Below, piece by piece: positions 20,298 to 29,562 of a DNA stretch of 64,000 nt (its first letter is position 1; the number at the start of each line of letters is the position of its first letter). Source of the stretch: Acidobacteriota bacterium. GTDB lineage: Bacteria > Acidobacteriota > UBA890 > WLXD01. The DNA lies in contig CBDFKD010000002.1 of the NCBI GenBank assembly GCA_965248695.1, positions 3,488,001 through 3,552,000 of the forward strand. Direction: 5' to 3'. The position numbers and the translations under genes are program-made. The notes beneath the pieces were generated by a model. It did no database searches, was not told the origin of the DNA, and was given only the letters and a program-made list of their open reading frames with translations.

Positions 20298-22223
20298 ATG
20301 TCGGCAACGCACAAGCATCGCCCGATTGTGGGCACACGCCTCTGCTTGATGCTCGCGATCGCGGTGTGTCTGCCGGCCCTGGTGGTCGCCGCACCGGCCG
20401 AGTCACCCGTTGCCGATGCCGCGATGGCCGGCAATGCGGATGCCGTCCGCACGCTGCTCCGCCAGGCGGCCGACGTCAACGCCGCCCAGGCCGACGGCAT
20501 GACGGCGCTGCACTGGGCAGCGGAGAACAACGCCGCCGAGCTCGCCGAGATGCTCATCTACGCCGGCGCCAACCTGGAAGCGGGAACGCGGATCGGTGCC
20601 TATCGGCCCCTGCATATCGCCAGCAAGTCGGGCAACGCGAATGCGGTTCGCGTGTTGCTGGAAGCAGGCAGCAACGTCGACGCCGCGACAACGGCGGGCG
20701 GCGCGAGCGCGCTGCACTTCGCGGCGGCGACAGGCAATGGCGAAGTCGTTTCGATGCTGCTGGATCACGCTGCCGATCCGAACGCGCTCGAGGCGGCTTG
20801 GGGCGAGACGCCGCTCATGTTTGCGGTCGCTCACAATCGACTCGGCGTGATCAGAACACTACTGCAACGCGGCGCCGACGCCTCCATCGCGACCAAGGTG
20901 GTCGACATCGCGGCCGCCGGCAAGGAGCTCCAAGCCGCTGAGCGACTGCGCCGCGAGCGCATCGTGGCGTTGCGGAAGGTAGAGGAAGAGGCAGCCGCTC
21001 GGGCGGCCGAAGCAGAGCGCGACGAAGAGGCCGAAGCCACAGAAGCCGGCGAATCCGAGGCCGCTGCGGAAGAAGCGCCGTCTCCCGCTCCTGAGGAAAA
21101 GGCCGAGCCTGACGAGAGCACCACCGAAGCCGCCGAGAAGGAGACCCCCGAGGCGGGCGAGGATGAGCAACCCGAGGACGATGAGTACGCCGACAAGAGC
21201 GAGGAAGAGATCGCTTTCATGGAGCAAGCACGAGGCTTCCCCGATCTCGTCTTCGCCCAGGGCGGCCTCACTGCGCTTCACTTCGCGGCGCGCGAGGGAC
21301 ACACCGACGCCGCGATGACGCTGCTCGACCACGACGTCAACGTCAATCGGGTCAGCGGGGGCGACCAGACCAGCCCGCTGCTGATCGCCACCATCAACGG
21401 CCACTTCGACCTGGCCATGAAGCTGCTCGAGCTCGGCGCCGATCCCGATCTTGCCAGCGAGTCCGGTGGCACTCCGGTGTACGCCGCGATCAACGCCCAA
21501 TTCCCGGCCAAGACGAGCTACCCGCAGCAGACCGCGCACAAGAAACAGCAGACGACGCACGACGAGCTCGTGGCAGCGCTGCTGGAGGCCGGCGCGGACC
21601 CCAACGTGCGGCTAAAGAAGAAACTCTGGTATCAGGCGTACAACTTCGACCAGCAGTCCGACACCACGGGCGCGACGCCATTCTGGCGCGCGGCTCAGGC
21701 TCTCGATGTCGAGGTCATGAAGTTGCTGGTGGCGCACGGCGCCGACCCTGAGGTCCCGACCCGCAAGATCCCCCGGCGGCGGTACCGTCGAGGACGGAAG
21801 GCTCAGACCGATCATTCAGGGCTGCCTCCCGCGGAGATCGGCGGACCCGCCATCTACCCGATCCACATCGCGGCCGGTGCCGGCTACGCCGAGGGCACCG
21901 GCTTCGCCGCCAACCATCACCGTCATGTCCCGGATGGATGGATACCGGCGATGAAGTACCTGGTGGAAGATCTCGGCCTAGATGTCAACGCCAGGGACGA
22001 CAAGGGCTACGCGCCGCTGCACCACGCCGCCGGGCGCGGTGACAACGAGATGGTCGTCTACCTCCACATGCAGGGCGCTGATCCGACTCTGCTGAGTCGC
22101 CGCGGCGAGACCATCGCTGACATGGCCAACGGGCCGATGCAGCGCGTGCGGCCGTATCCGGCAACCATCACGTTGGCCGAGGCGCTCGGTTCGGAGAACA
22201 ACAACAACTGCATCTCCTGCTGA
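20298..22223 (+). CDS. Exported ankyrin-repeat protein
   Basis: Signal peptide; repeated GMTALHWAA, PLHIAS, GETPLMFAV, GLTALHFAA, SPLLIAT; acidic insert; C-terminal NNNCISC. Confidence 0.93.
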   Translation: MSATHKHRPIVGTRLCLMLAIAVCLPALVVAAPAESPVADAAMAGNADAVRTLLRQAADVNAAQADGMTALHWAAENNAAELAEMLIYAGANLEAGTRIGAYRPLHIASKSGNANAVRVLLEAGSNVDAATTAGGASALHFAAATGNGEVVSMLLDHAADPNALEAAWGETPLMFAVAHNRLGVIRTLLQRGADASIATKVVDIAAAGKELQAAERLRRERIVALRKVEEEAAARAAEAERDEEAEATEAGESEAAAEEAPSPAPEEKAEPDESTTEAAEKETPEAGEDEQPEDDEYADKSEEEIAFMEQARGFPDLVFAQGGLTALHFAAREGHTDAAMTLLDHDVNVNRVSGGDQTSPLLIATINGHFDLAMKLLELGADPDLASESGGTPVYAAINAQFPAKTSYPQQTAHKKQQTTHDELVAALLEAGADPNVRLKKKLWYQAYNFDQQSDTTGATPFWRAAQALDVEVMKLLVAHGADPEVPTRKIPRRRYRRGRKAQTDHSGLPPAEIGGPAIYPIHIAAGAGYAEGTGFAANHHRHVPDGWIPAMKYLVEDLGLDVNARDDKGYAPLHHAAGRGDNEMVVYLHMQGADPTLLSRRGETIADMANGPMQRVRPYPATITLAEALGSENNNNCISC

Positions 22224-23334
22224 TCTCGCGCTCGAATCGACCCGTATCGAGGCGGCGGAGGTAGGCGCTGCCGCGCTGGATCCGCACGCCGTCAAGCGCT
22301 CCCAACCAGCGCCGGATTCCCTCATCGATACGTTGCTCGTAGGCCATCCGCATCCAGTGCGCCAGTGGCACATGCGGCGCCGCCGAGCGCGTTTGAGTCT
22401 GCCCGGCGATGAACGCGAAGAACACGATCATCGTGTCGATGAACAACGCGATAAACGCGAACACCACTGCCGCCGGGCTGCCGGCGACCATATCGGTCAT
22501 GGCCCGCTCCCAATACTCCTCCTCCTCCAGCGGGCGTGTGTCGAGGATTGCCGGGTCGACCGCCATCGGTGCGAACTCGCCGCGTACCTGGCGGATTCGA
22601 TCCGCCGGGATCGCCGCCGATGCGCGCGAGTACGAGGCCCGCAAAGCACCGTGGTCGATCTCGTTGCCCTCCGTCAGCGCCGCGATCTCTGCATCGAGAC
22701 GTTGCAGCGAACCGCCGACCTCCATCTCCATCTGCTCGATGCGCGGCAGGACGCTGGTCAGGAACCGATAGCGCTCGCCGGTGCCACTCTGAACTTGCCG
22801 CAGATCGACGAGAAGGTCGGACTCGCCGATGAGCTTCTGCAGGTACGGGTTGGAGATGTTGCGCAGACCGCCGCCGCTGGCCTGCTCGATCTCGACTCGC
22901 CGGCGCAGCTCGGCCGAGGCCTCCTGCAGGGTGCCCAGCGTGCCGCCCGTCTGCGATCGCGCGTCCACGAGATACGCGCGCAGCGATTCATATCGCTCCA
23001 GGCGCCGCTCGTTGGCGATGGTCTCTTCGGAAAAGCCGCGATAGTAGAAAACGTAGGAAGTGAAGCTGGACATCACCACCGTGAAGATGATCACAGCGAC
23101 GAGCATCGGCTGATAGCTGGTGCGCTCACGGATTGCGAGCGCAGAGGTCAGCATCCCGAGCTGGATGATGGCCGCCAAGCCCAGCGCCGCCAGCATCGAG
23201 TAGCCGAAGTCGGGGAAGATCTCCGAGATGCCGTTGAAGGTGCTGTACCCGGAGACCAGGCAACCGATAGCGGCGGCAAGAGCGGGAAAGGTATGGACGG
23301 GTGATTTGACGAAGCCCAACAATGCGCGAAACAC
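22168..23334 (-). CDS. Hypothetical membrane protein (3 TM + coiled coil + TM), possibly 3' truncated
   Basis: Three N-terminal hydrophobic segments, long helical region, a further TM segment; GTG start after GGAGG is inferred; the stop lies inside the ankyrin gene. Confidence 0.65.
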   Translation of the reverse strand: MFRALLGFVKSPVHTFPALAAAIGCLVSGYSTFNGISEIFPDFGYSMLAALGLAAIIQLGMLTSALAIRERTSYQPMLVAVIIFTVVMSSFTSYVFYYRGFSEETIANERRLERYESLRAYLVDARSQTGGTLGTLQEASAELRRRVEIEQASGGGLRNISNPYLQKLIGESDLLVDLRQVQSGTGERYRFLTSVLPRIEQMEMEVGGSLQRLDAEIAALTEGNEIDHGALRASYSRASAAIPADRIRQVRGEFAPMAVDPAILDTRPLEEEEYWERAMTDMVAGSPAAVVFAFIALFIDTMIVFFAFIAGQTQTRSAAPHVPLAHWMRMAYEQRIDEGIRRWLGALDGVRIQRGSAYLRRLDTGRFEREISRRCSCCCSPNRAPRPT

Positions 23335-23566
23335 GACGCAATACACCTCCGGTTCGCGCCTCCCGAACCAGATCCCCGGCAAATCCGACCGTACGCCGCT
23401 AGCGCGGCAGATCGAACGCTTTCGCCCCAACGCGGAGATGCTAGATGGAGCATACGACTCCGTGCCCCCCGGTGACCAGTCCGCCGACGGGAAAGTCCGA
23501 CTGGCGGGTCGAATCTCGGGCGGTTAACGTGCCCTGTCAAACGATTCCACCGACCGAGATCTCCCG

Positions 23567-24340
23567 ATGCGCATCGCCACCTGGAACATCAACGGGCTCA
23601 GCGCTCGTATCGACTTCGTCTTGCACTGGCTACGAGCGCGACAGCCCGACGTGGTCGGCCTGCAGGAGCTCAAGACGGCGGACGACAAGTTCCCTCATAT
23701 GGCCTTCCAGGCCGAGGGCTACCACGCCGTGGTCCACGGACAGAAGGCCTGGAACGGAGTGGCGATCTTGTGTCGCGAGCCCACCGAGGCGCTGCAGATC
23801 GGGTTGCCGGGCCAGGAGGAACACGGCGCGCGTCTGCTGACCGCACGCGCCGGCGGGCTCGACTTCACCACCATCTACATCCCCAACGGTAAGACCGTCG
23901 ACCATGACGACTTCCCAAAGAAACTTGCGTGGTTCGAGGCACTAACAGAGCACATGAAGGCCTCGACCGCCGAGGGCGCGGAGGCCATTCTGTGCGGCGA
24001 CTTCAACATCGTCCCGGCAGGAATCGACAGCTGGAACGAGAAGGCACTCTGCGGCGGCATCTTCCACACCGATAGGGAACGCGCCGCGTTTCGCCGGTTG
24101 CTCGACGGCGGCCTCGCAGATCTGTTCCGCCTGCGGTACCCAGACGAACAGAAGTTCTCGTGGTGGGACTATCGCGGCGGCGCATTCCACCGCGGCATGG
24201 GGCTTCGAATCGACTTCCTGCTCGGCACGCCCGCGGTGTGCGCCCGGGTCGAGGACGTATGGACGGACCGTGACTACCGCAAGAAAAAGGAGGGGCTCAT
24301 TGCCTCGGACCACGCTCCCGTCATCGCCGATCTGACCTGA
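23567..24340 (+). CDS. xth: Exodeoxyribonuclease III
   Basis: [47 protein letters not shown]. Confidence 0.96.
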   Translation: MRIATWNINGLSARIDFVLHWLRARQPDVVGLQELKTADDKFPHMAFQAEGYHAVVHGQKAWNGVAILCREPTEALQIGLPGQEEHGARLLTARAGGLDFTTIYIPNGKTVDHDDFPKKLAWFEALTEHMKASTAEGAEAILCGDFNIVPAGIDSWNEKALCGGIFHTDRERAAFRRLLDGGLADLFRLRYPDEQKFSWWDYRGGAFHRGMGLRIDFLLGTPAVCARVEDVWTDRDYRKKKEGLIASDHAPVIADLT

Positions 24341-24828
24341 TGGGAAGCCGCGCTCGAGTCTCCCCGGGAGCCGGATTGATTGCCAGATGGAACCGCCTGC
24401 GCGGTGTGCCTGGCGGCCGGTGGCTGTTCTCCTGGCTGGTGGGACGGTCAGCGCCGTACACCGGCAGCATCGGCGCCCGGGTCGCGGAGCTGCGACCTGG
24501 CTACTGTCGCGCGACGCTGCGCGATCGCCGTTCGATCCGCAATCACCTCGACTCGGTGCACGCGGTGGCCCTGGTGAACCTCGGCGAGCTGTGCAGCGGC
24601 CTGGCTATGCTGACCGGCCTGGCCCCTGACGTGCGCGGCATCGCCGTGGCGCTGCAGATCGACTACCTCAAGAAGGCACGTGGGACGCTGACCGCCGAGT
24701 GCACCTGTGATCCGCCGGAGGTGGCCGAGCCGATGGACTATCGCCCGTCCGCGGTGATTCGCGACGCCGGCGGCGACGAGGTTGCCCGCCTCACGGCCAC
24801 CTGGCGACTCGATCGGCGGAGCACGTGA
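24340..24828 (+). CDS. Hotdog-fold thioesterase (PaaI/DUF4442-like)
   Basis: [34 protein letters not shown]. Confidence 0.85.
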   Translation: MGSRARVSPGAGLIARWNRLRGVPGGRWLFSWLVGRSAPYTGSIGARVAELRPGYCRATLRDRRSIRNHLDSVHAVALVNLGELCSGLAMLTGLAPDVRGIAVALQIDYLKKARGTLTAECTCDPPEVAEPMDYRPSAVIRDAGGDEVARLTATWRLDRRST

Positions 24829-25847
24829 CCGCGACCATGTCGTTGACCACCGACCTCACGCGACACGCCGGCACCGAGATACCGTTGATCTGCGGCCCGA
24901 TGTATCCGTGTTCCAATCCCGAGCTGGTAGCGGCGGCTTCAGAAGCGGGCGCCTTGGGGGTCTTGCAGCCGGTCTCGCTGACGTTCGTCCACGGCCATGA
25001 CTTTCGTCAGGGCATCCGGCTGATGCGGCGCCTGACGTCCAAGCCGATTGGCATGAACGCTCTGATCGAGGCCTCATCCAAGCGGTACCTGGACCGAATG
25101 ACCGAGTGGATCGATATCGCCCTCGAAGAGGGCGTGCGCTTCTTCATCACCTCGCTCGGCAAGCCGCGCTGGGTCGTGGATCGGGTGCACGCGGTCGGTG
25201 GCTTCGTCTATCACGACGTCACCGAGCGTAAGTGGGCGCTGAAGGGGCTCGAATCCGGCGTCGATGGCCTCATCGCGGTGAATCGTCGCGCCGGCGGTCA
25301 CGCCGGCCCGCGCGGCGTCGCAGCGCTGTACGAGGAGGTCGGCGACCTGGGGGTGCCGGTGGTCTGCGCCGGCGGCGTCGGCAACCCAGAGGGGTTTATC
25401 GAGGCGCTACGAATTGGCTATGCCGGGGTGCAGTGCGGAACTCGATTTATCGCCACCACCGAGTGCAACTCCTCGGACGCGTACAAGCAGGCGATCCTGG
25501 ACGCATCCGCCGACGACATCGTGCTCAGCGAGCGAGTCACGGGCATCCCGGTGGCGGTCATCAACACGCCCTACGTGCAGCGCACCGGGACCAAGGTGAG
25601 CGCCCTTGGCCGCTGGCTATTGCGTAACGAGCGCACGAAACACTGGATGCGGGCCTTCTACAGCATTCGGTCGTTCTTTCAGCTCAAGCGCGCCTCGCTC
25701 GACGCGAGCGGCACGAAGGATTACTGGCAGGCCGGCAAGAGCGCAGGCGACATCCACCGGGTCGTACCGGCGGGTGACATCGTACGCGCCTTCGCCGCCG
25801 CGGCCAGCGGACGGTCAAGCGAGAACGGCGACGGGCTGCCCGGCTAG
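24825..25847 (+). CDS. Nitronate monooxygenase / FabK-like FMN oxidoreductase
   Basis: [47 protein letters not shown]. Confidence 0.9.
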   Translation: MTATMSLTTDLTRHAGTEIPLICGPMYPCSNPELVAAASEAGALGVLQPVSLTFVHGHDFRQGIRLMRRLTSKPIGMNALIEASSKRYLDRMTEWIDIALEEGVRFFITSLGKPRWVVDRVHAVGGFVYHDVTERKWALKGLESGVDGLIAVNRRAGGHAGPRGVAALYEEVGDLGVPVVCAGGVGNPEGFIEALRIGYAGVQCGTRFIATTECNSSDAYKQAILDASADDIVLSERVTGIPVAVINTPYVQRTGTKVSALGRWLLRNERTKHWMRAFYSIRSFFQLKRASLDASGTKDYWQAGKSAGDIHRVVPAGDIVRAFAAAASGRSSENGDGLPG

Positions 25848-25965
25848 ATTCAGTCGCAGTGCTCCACGAGGCCAACGATGCTTGCCCTTGCATCAGACCC
25901 TGAGGTAGCCCAGCATCGAGACGCTTTCAGGTCCGAGACTGCACCACCAAGCGTGTAGGAGATGT

Positions 25966-27456
25966 GTGATGGGCATGGTTCCGTCGAGCGATGGCCTCGA
26001 TCTCGAGGGGCTCGAGCCGCCGAGCACGACGCTGCGCAGCATGCTGCGCACCTTCGGCCCCGGCATCATCCTGATGATGACGGGCATCGGCACCAGCCAC
26101 CTGATCACCGCTCCCACCGCCGGCGGTCGGTTTCAGTACGCCCTTCTGTGGTGCATCCCGGTGGCCTACATCTTCAAGTACTACGGCTTCGAGATGGCGT
26201 TCCGGTTCACCAACGCGACCGGCAAGAGCCTGCTCGAGGCCTATGGTACGGCGTGGAAGAAATGGCCCCTGTGGTACGTGCTCTCGACCACGTTGTTGCA
26301 GTGCGCCATCGGCCAGGCAGGGCGGCTGATCGCCGCATCGGCGGTGCTGTACTCGATCTTCACGATCTCGCTCGGGTTGCCCGTACCGCTCGGAGCATAC
26401 GGCATCGTCCTCGGGGTCGGCTCGGTGGCAGTGCTGTTGAGCGGCAGCTATCGCTCGGTGGAGAACTCCGCCAAGGCGGCCGCGATCGCACTCTGTCTGT
26501 CGACGATCGCCGTGTACATCGTCAGGCCGGCACCGCTCGACGCGCTGCGACACTTCTGGATCGTGGAGACCCCGGTGGGATCGTGGTTGCTGGTGGCGGC
26601 GTTCCTGGGCCTGCTGCCGACCGGGCTCGACGTGTCGTTGCAGGCGTCCGAGTGGGGCAAGGCCAAACGTGCCGGTATGAGTCGCATTCGACCCGAGCTC
26701 GAGCGCCGCGGATTGGCGCGCGCATTCGACCCGTTCACCTCCACCAAGGAAGACTTGGCGGTCGATGCCAATCTGCTGCCCGAAGCGGCGCAAGAGTATT
26801 GCCGCCGTTGGTTCCGGATCAGCCTGTGGGATTTCCGGCTCGGTCACGTGGTGTCGTTCGTGATGGCGTGCATTTTCCTGTTGCTGGCCGCCGTGTGGCT
26901 CTATCCGAGTCCGGTCGAAGGGCGTGCGGTGATGGGCGAGATCGCAGGAATCTTCACCAACAGCGTCGGGCCGTGGATGATGGTCGTGTTCATGACCGGA
27001 GCGTTTGCCGCCACGTTCTCGACCGCCTTCAACTACTTCGACGGCTGGCCACGCGTGGTCGGCGCCTGCTGCCGCAACATGTTCCCGACCACGGCCCGTC
27101 TGCAGGGAATCGTGAAGGCCGACCTGACCGCCGAGCACCGTGCCACCTGGTCGTCGGAGTACAACATTTACCGCGCGACGATGTTCTTCTCGCTGATCAC
27201 TGCGACGGCAATCGTCATCGGCATGCCGCGACCGGTCTTCCTGGTGCTGGTGGCCTCGGCGCTGGCCTTCTTCGTGGCACCGGTGATCTTCTTCCTTAAC
27301 CTCTACTACTGCCTGACAGTCATCCCGAAGCACGCCAGGGACTACTACCCCTCGCCGTTCGCGATCTGGTTCGGTGGTGCATCGCTGGTCGTGTTCACCG
27401 CGCTCAGCGGCATATTGATCGCCGCCCGCGTCCTCGGCATCCAGCTGTTCGGCTAG
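25966..27456 (+). CDS. NRAMP-related transporter
   Basis: About 11 TM segments; FGPGIILMMTGIGTSHL, GKSLLEAY, AATFST..DGWPR. Confidence 0.8.
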   Translation: MMGMVPSSDGLDLEGLEPPSTTLRSMLRTFGPGIILMMTGIGTSHLITAPTAGGRFQYALLWCIPVAYIFKYYGFEMAFRFTNATGKSLLEAYGTAWKKWPLWYVLSTTLLQCAIGQAGRLIAASAVLYSIFTISLGLPVPLGAYGIVLGVGSVAVLLSGSYRSVENSAKAAAIALCLSTIAVYIVRPAPLDALRHFWIVETPVGSWLLVAAFLGLLPTGLDVSLQASEWGKAKRAGMSRIRPELERRGLARAFDPFTSTKEDLAVDANLLPEAAQEYCRRWFRISLWDFRLGHVVSFVMACIFLLLAAVWLYPSPVEGRAVMGEIAGIFTNSVGPWMMVVFMTGAFAATFSTAFNYFDGWPRVVGACCRNMFPTTARLQGIVKADLTAEHRATWSSEYNIYRATMFFSLITATAIVIGMPRPVFLVLVASALAFFVAPVIFFLNLYYCLTVIPKHARDYYPSPFAIWFGGASLVVFTALSGILIAARVLGIQLFG

Positions 27457-27519
27457 CATCCGCAGCCGGTCGTCAAGCACCGGCAGCCAGGGACACGCCG
27501 GGTTCGATAGGCTACGCGC

Positions 27520-28572
27520 ATGAACAGCGAAACTGTCCAGGGGCTGCTGGAGCAGATTCGGCGCGACACCGGTGGCGCATTCATCTCTGGCCTGGGGTAT
27601 ATCGGCGATCGACTCGGCCTGTTCACTGCGCTTGCCGAACAGGGGCCTGTCGGCAGCGTCGCCCTGGCCGCGTCGACACGTCTGAACGAGCGCTACCTAC
27701 GGGAATGGCTCAAGGCCATGGCGGCGTTCGGCTACATCGAGTACGACGACGAAGCGGCGACGTACGCTATGTCACAGGAGCAGAGCGCCGTCCTCGCCGA
27801 GGAAACGTCGGCCGTGTTCGGCGCCGGCACGTTCCACTTCACGTTGCCGTCGTTGCTGCGAACCGAGGAGCTGATGAACGCGTTCCGGCACGGCGGGGGC
27901 ATTGCTTACGACGAGCTCCATCCCGAGGTCCCGGCCTCGATCGATCGAATGCACCGAGCCTGGTTCGATCATCTGCTGACCGAGGAGTGGCTGCCGGCGG
28001 TTCCGGGGCTCTGCGACCGGCTGCACGATGGCATCCGCGTGCTCGACGTCGGCTGCGGCCTGGGCCGTTCAACAATTGCCGTCGCTCGAGCGCACCCCGG
28101 TACCTCCGTGCTCGGCATCGACCCGCATGCACCCAGCATCGAGTTCGCCCGCGCCCTGGCGGTCGAAGGTGATGTGAGCAACGCGGAGTTCGCGGCGCTG
28201 CCGCTAGAGGATATCGAGCCCGAGCTGCGCTTCGACCTGGTGCTGGCCATCGACTGCATCCACGACATGGCCGATCCGGTCGGAACGCTGCGCGGTATCC
28301 ACCGACACCTCTCGGGCGACGGCCTGCTGGTCTGGTCTGAGCCAGCCGGGTCGTTGAACCCATTGGAGAATCGCGACACCCTGTCGCGCATGCGCGCCGC
28401 CCTCAGCCCGTTTCATTGCCTCACCGTCTCGCTGGCCGCAGGGGGACCCGGGCTGGGAACTCTGATCGGCACCGAGGGGGCACAGCAGCTGGCGGCCGAG
28501 GCGGGCTTCAAGAGCTTCGAGACGCTGCCGGTGCCATCCGACACCCAGCTATTCTTCGGACTTCGACGCTGA
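27520..28572 (+). CDS. SAM-dependent methyltransferase with N-terminal wHTH (Rv2258c-like)
   Basis: GDRLGLF, LNERYLREWL, VLDVGCGLG, DCIHDMADP, HCLTVSLA.GG.GLGT. Confidence 0.9.
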   Translation: MNSETVQGLLEQIRRDTGGAFISGLGYIGDRLGLFTALAEQGPVGSVALAASTRLNERYLREWLKAMAAFGYIEYDDEAATYAMSQEQSAVLAEETSAVFGAGTFHFTLPSLLRTEELMNAFRHGGGIAYDELHPEVPASIDRMHRAWFDHLLTEEWLPAVPGLCDRLHDGIRVLDVGCGLGRSTIAVARAHPGTSVLGIDPHAPSIEFARALAVEGDVSNAEFAALPLEDIEPELRFDLVLAIDCIHDMADPVGTLRGIHRHLSGDGLLVWSEPAGSLNPLENRDTLSRMRAALSPFHCLTVSLAAGGPGLGTLIGTEGAQQLAAEAGFKSFETLPVPSDTQLFFGLRR

Positions 28573-28680
28573 GCTGGGCGCAATACGCGCGGTCTGTGAT
28601 CGACCGACCCCGACGGCGCGCGCCTGGACAAGTAGAATGGCGCCGTCATCGAGGCCCCAACAGCCGGCGTCACGCCGGCT

Positions 28681-29562
28681 ATGAGCCCTGGGAACGCCAT
28701 GCCCGCGTCACGTGAATCAGCCGACACCGGCGCGCGGATCCGCCTCTGGGGAGTGCGCGGTTCCGTGCCCACCCCGCAGGCAGACCACCTCGCGCACGGC
28801 GGCAACACGCCCTGTGTGGAGCTGCGTACGTCTGACAATGACGTGCTGGTGATCGACGGAGGCACCGGTATGCGCCCGCTCGGCGATGCCCTGGACGAGG
28901 AGGTGGGCGGCGGCGGCGTCACCGTGCACGTGCTGCTGTCGCACTTTCACTGGGACCATCTCCAGGGAATCCCGTACTTCGCGCCCCTATTTGACGAGCG
29001 CAGCGAGATCGTCTTCTACGCCGATGCCAGCAGCGCCCGTATCGAAGCTGCTCTGGACGGCCAGATGCAGGCACCCTTCTTCCCCATCGGCCTGGACCAG
29101 ACCGCCGCAAGGCGACGATTCGTCAGCCTGCCGACGGAAGGCATGGACATAGGAAGCGCCCGCGTGACTCCGGTGGCGTTAACCCACCCCCAGGGGGCTA
29201 GCGGATTCCGGATCGACGACGGTGCCGGATCCTTGCTATACGCATCGGATCACGAGCACGGCGATGCCATCGTCGACGCCGCCATCCTCGAGGCGGCCAC
29301 CGGTGCCGACGTTCTGATCTACGACGCGCAATACACTCCGGAAGAGTACGCCACCCGGGTCGGCTGGGGCCACAGCACATGGGAGTCGGGCGTTGACGTG
29401 GCAGCCGCCGCGCAGGCCGCCAAGCTGCTCCTCTTCCATCACGATCCGGCCCACGACGATGATGCGCTGGCGGCGATCGAGGCACAGGCGAAGAAGCGCC
29501 TCTCGTGCGCCACGATGGCACGCGAGGGCGAGACCTACGTGCTCGGGGAGTCCAGGACGTGA
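28681..29562 (+). CDS. MBL-fold hydrolase (RNase Z / cyclic-nucleotide phosphodiesterase-like)
   Basis: WGVRGSVP, GGNTPC, DGGTG, SHFHWDHLQG, SDHE, DAQY, WGHS, FHHDP. Confidence 0.88.
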   Translation: MSPGNAMPASRESADTGARIRLWGVRGSVPTPQADHLAHGGNTPCVELRTSDNDVLVIDGGTGMRPLGDALDEEVGGGGVTVHVLLSHFHWDHLQGIPYFAPLFDERSEIVFYADASSARIEAALDGQMQAPFFPIGLDQTAARRRFVSLPTEGMDIGSARVTPVALTHPQGASGFRIDDGAGSLLYASDHEHGDAIVDAAILEAATGADVLIYDAQYTPEEYATRVGWGHSTWESGVDVAAAAQAAKLLLFHHDPAHDDDALAAIEAQAKKRLSCATMAREGETYVLGESRT

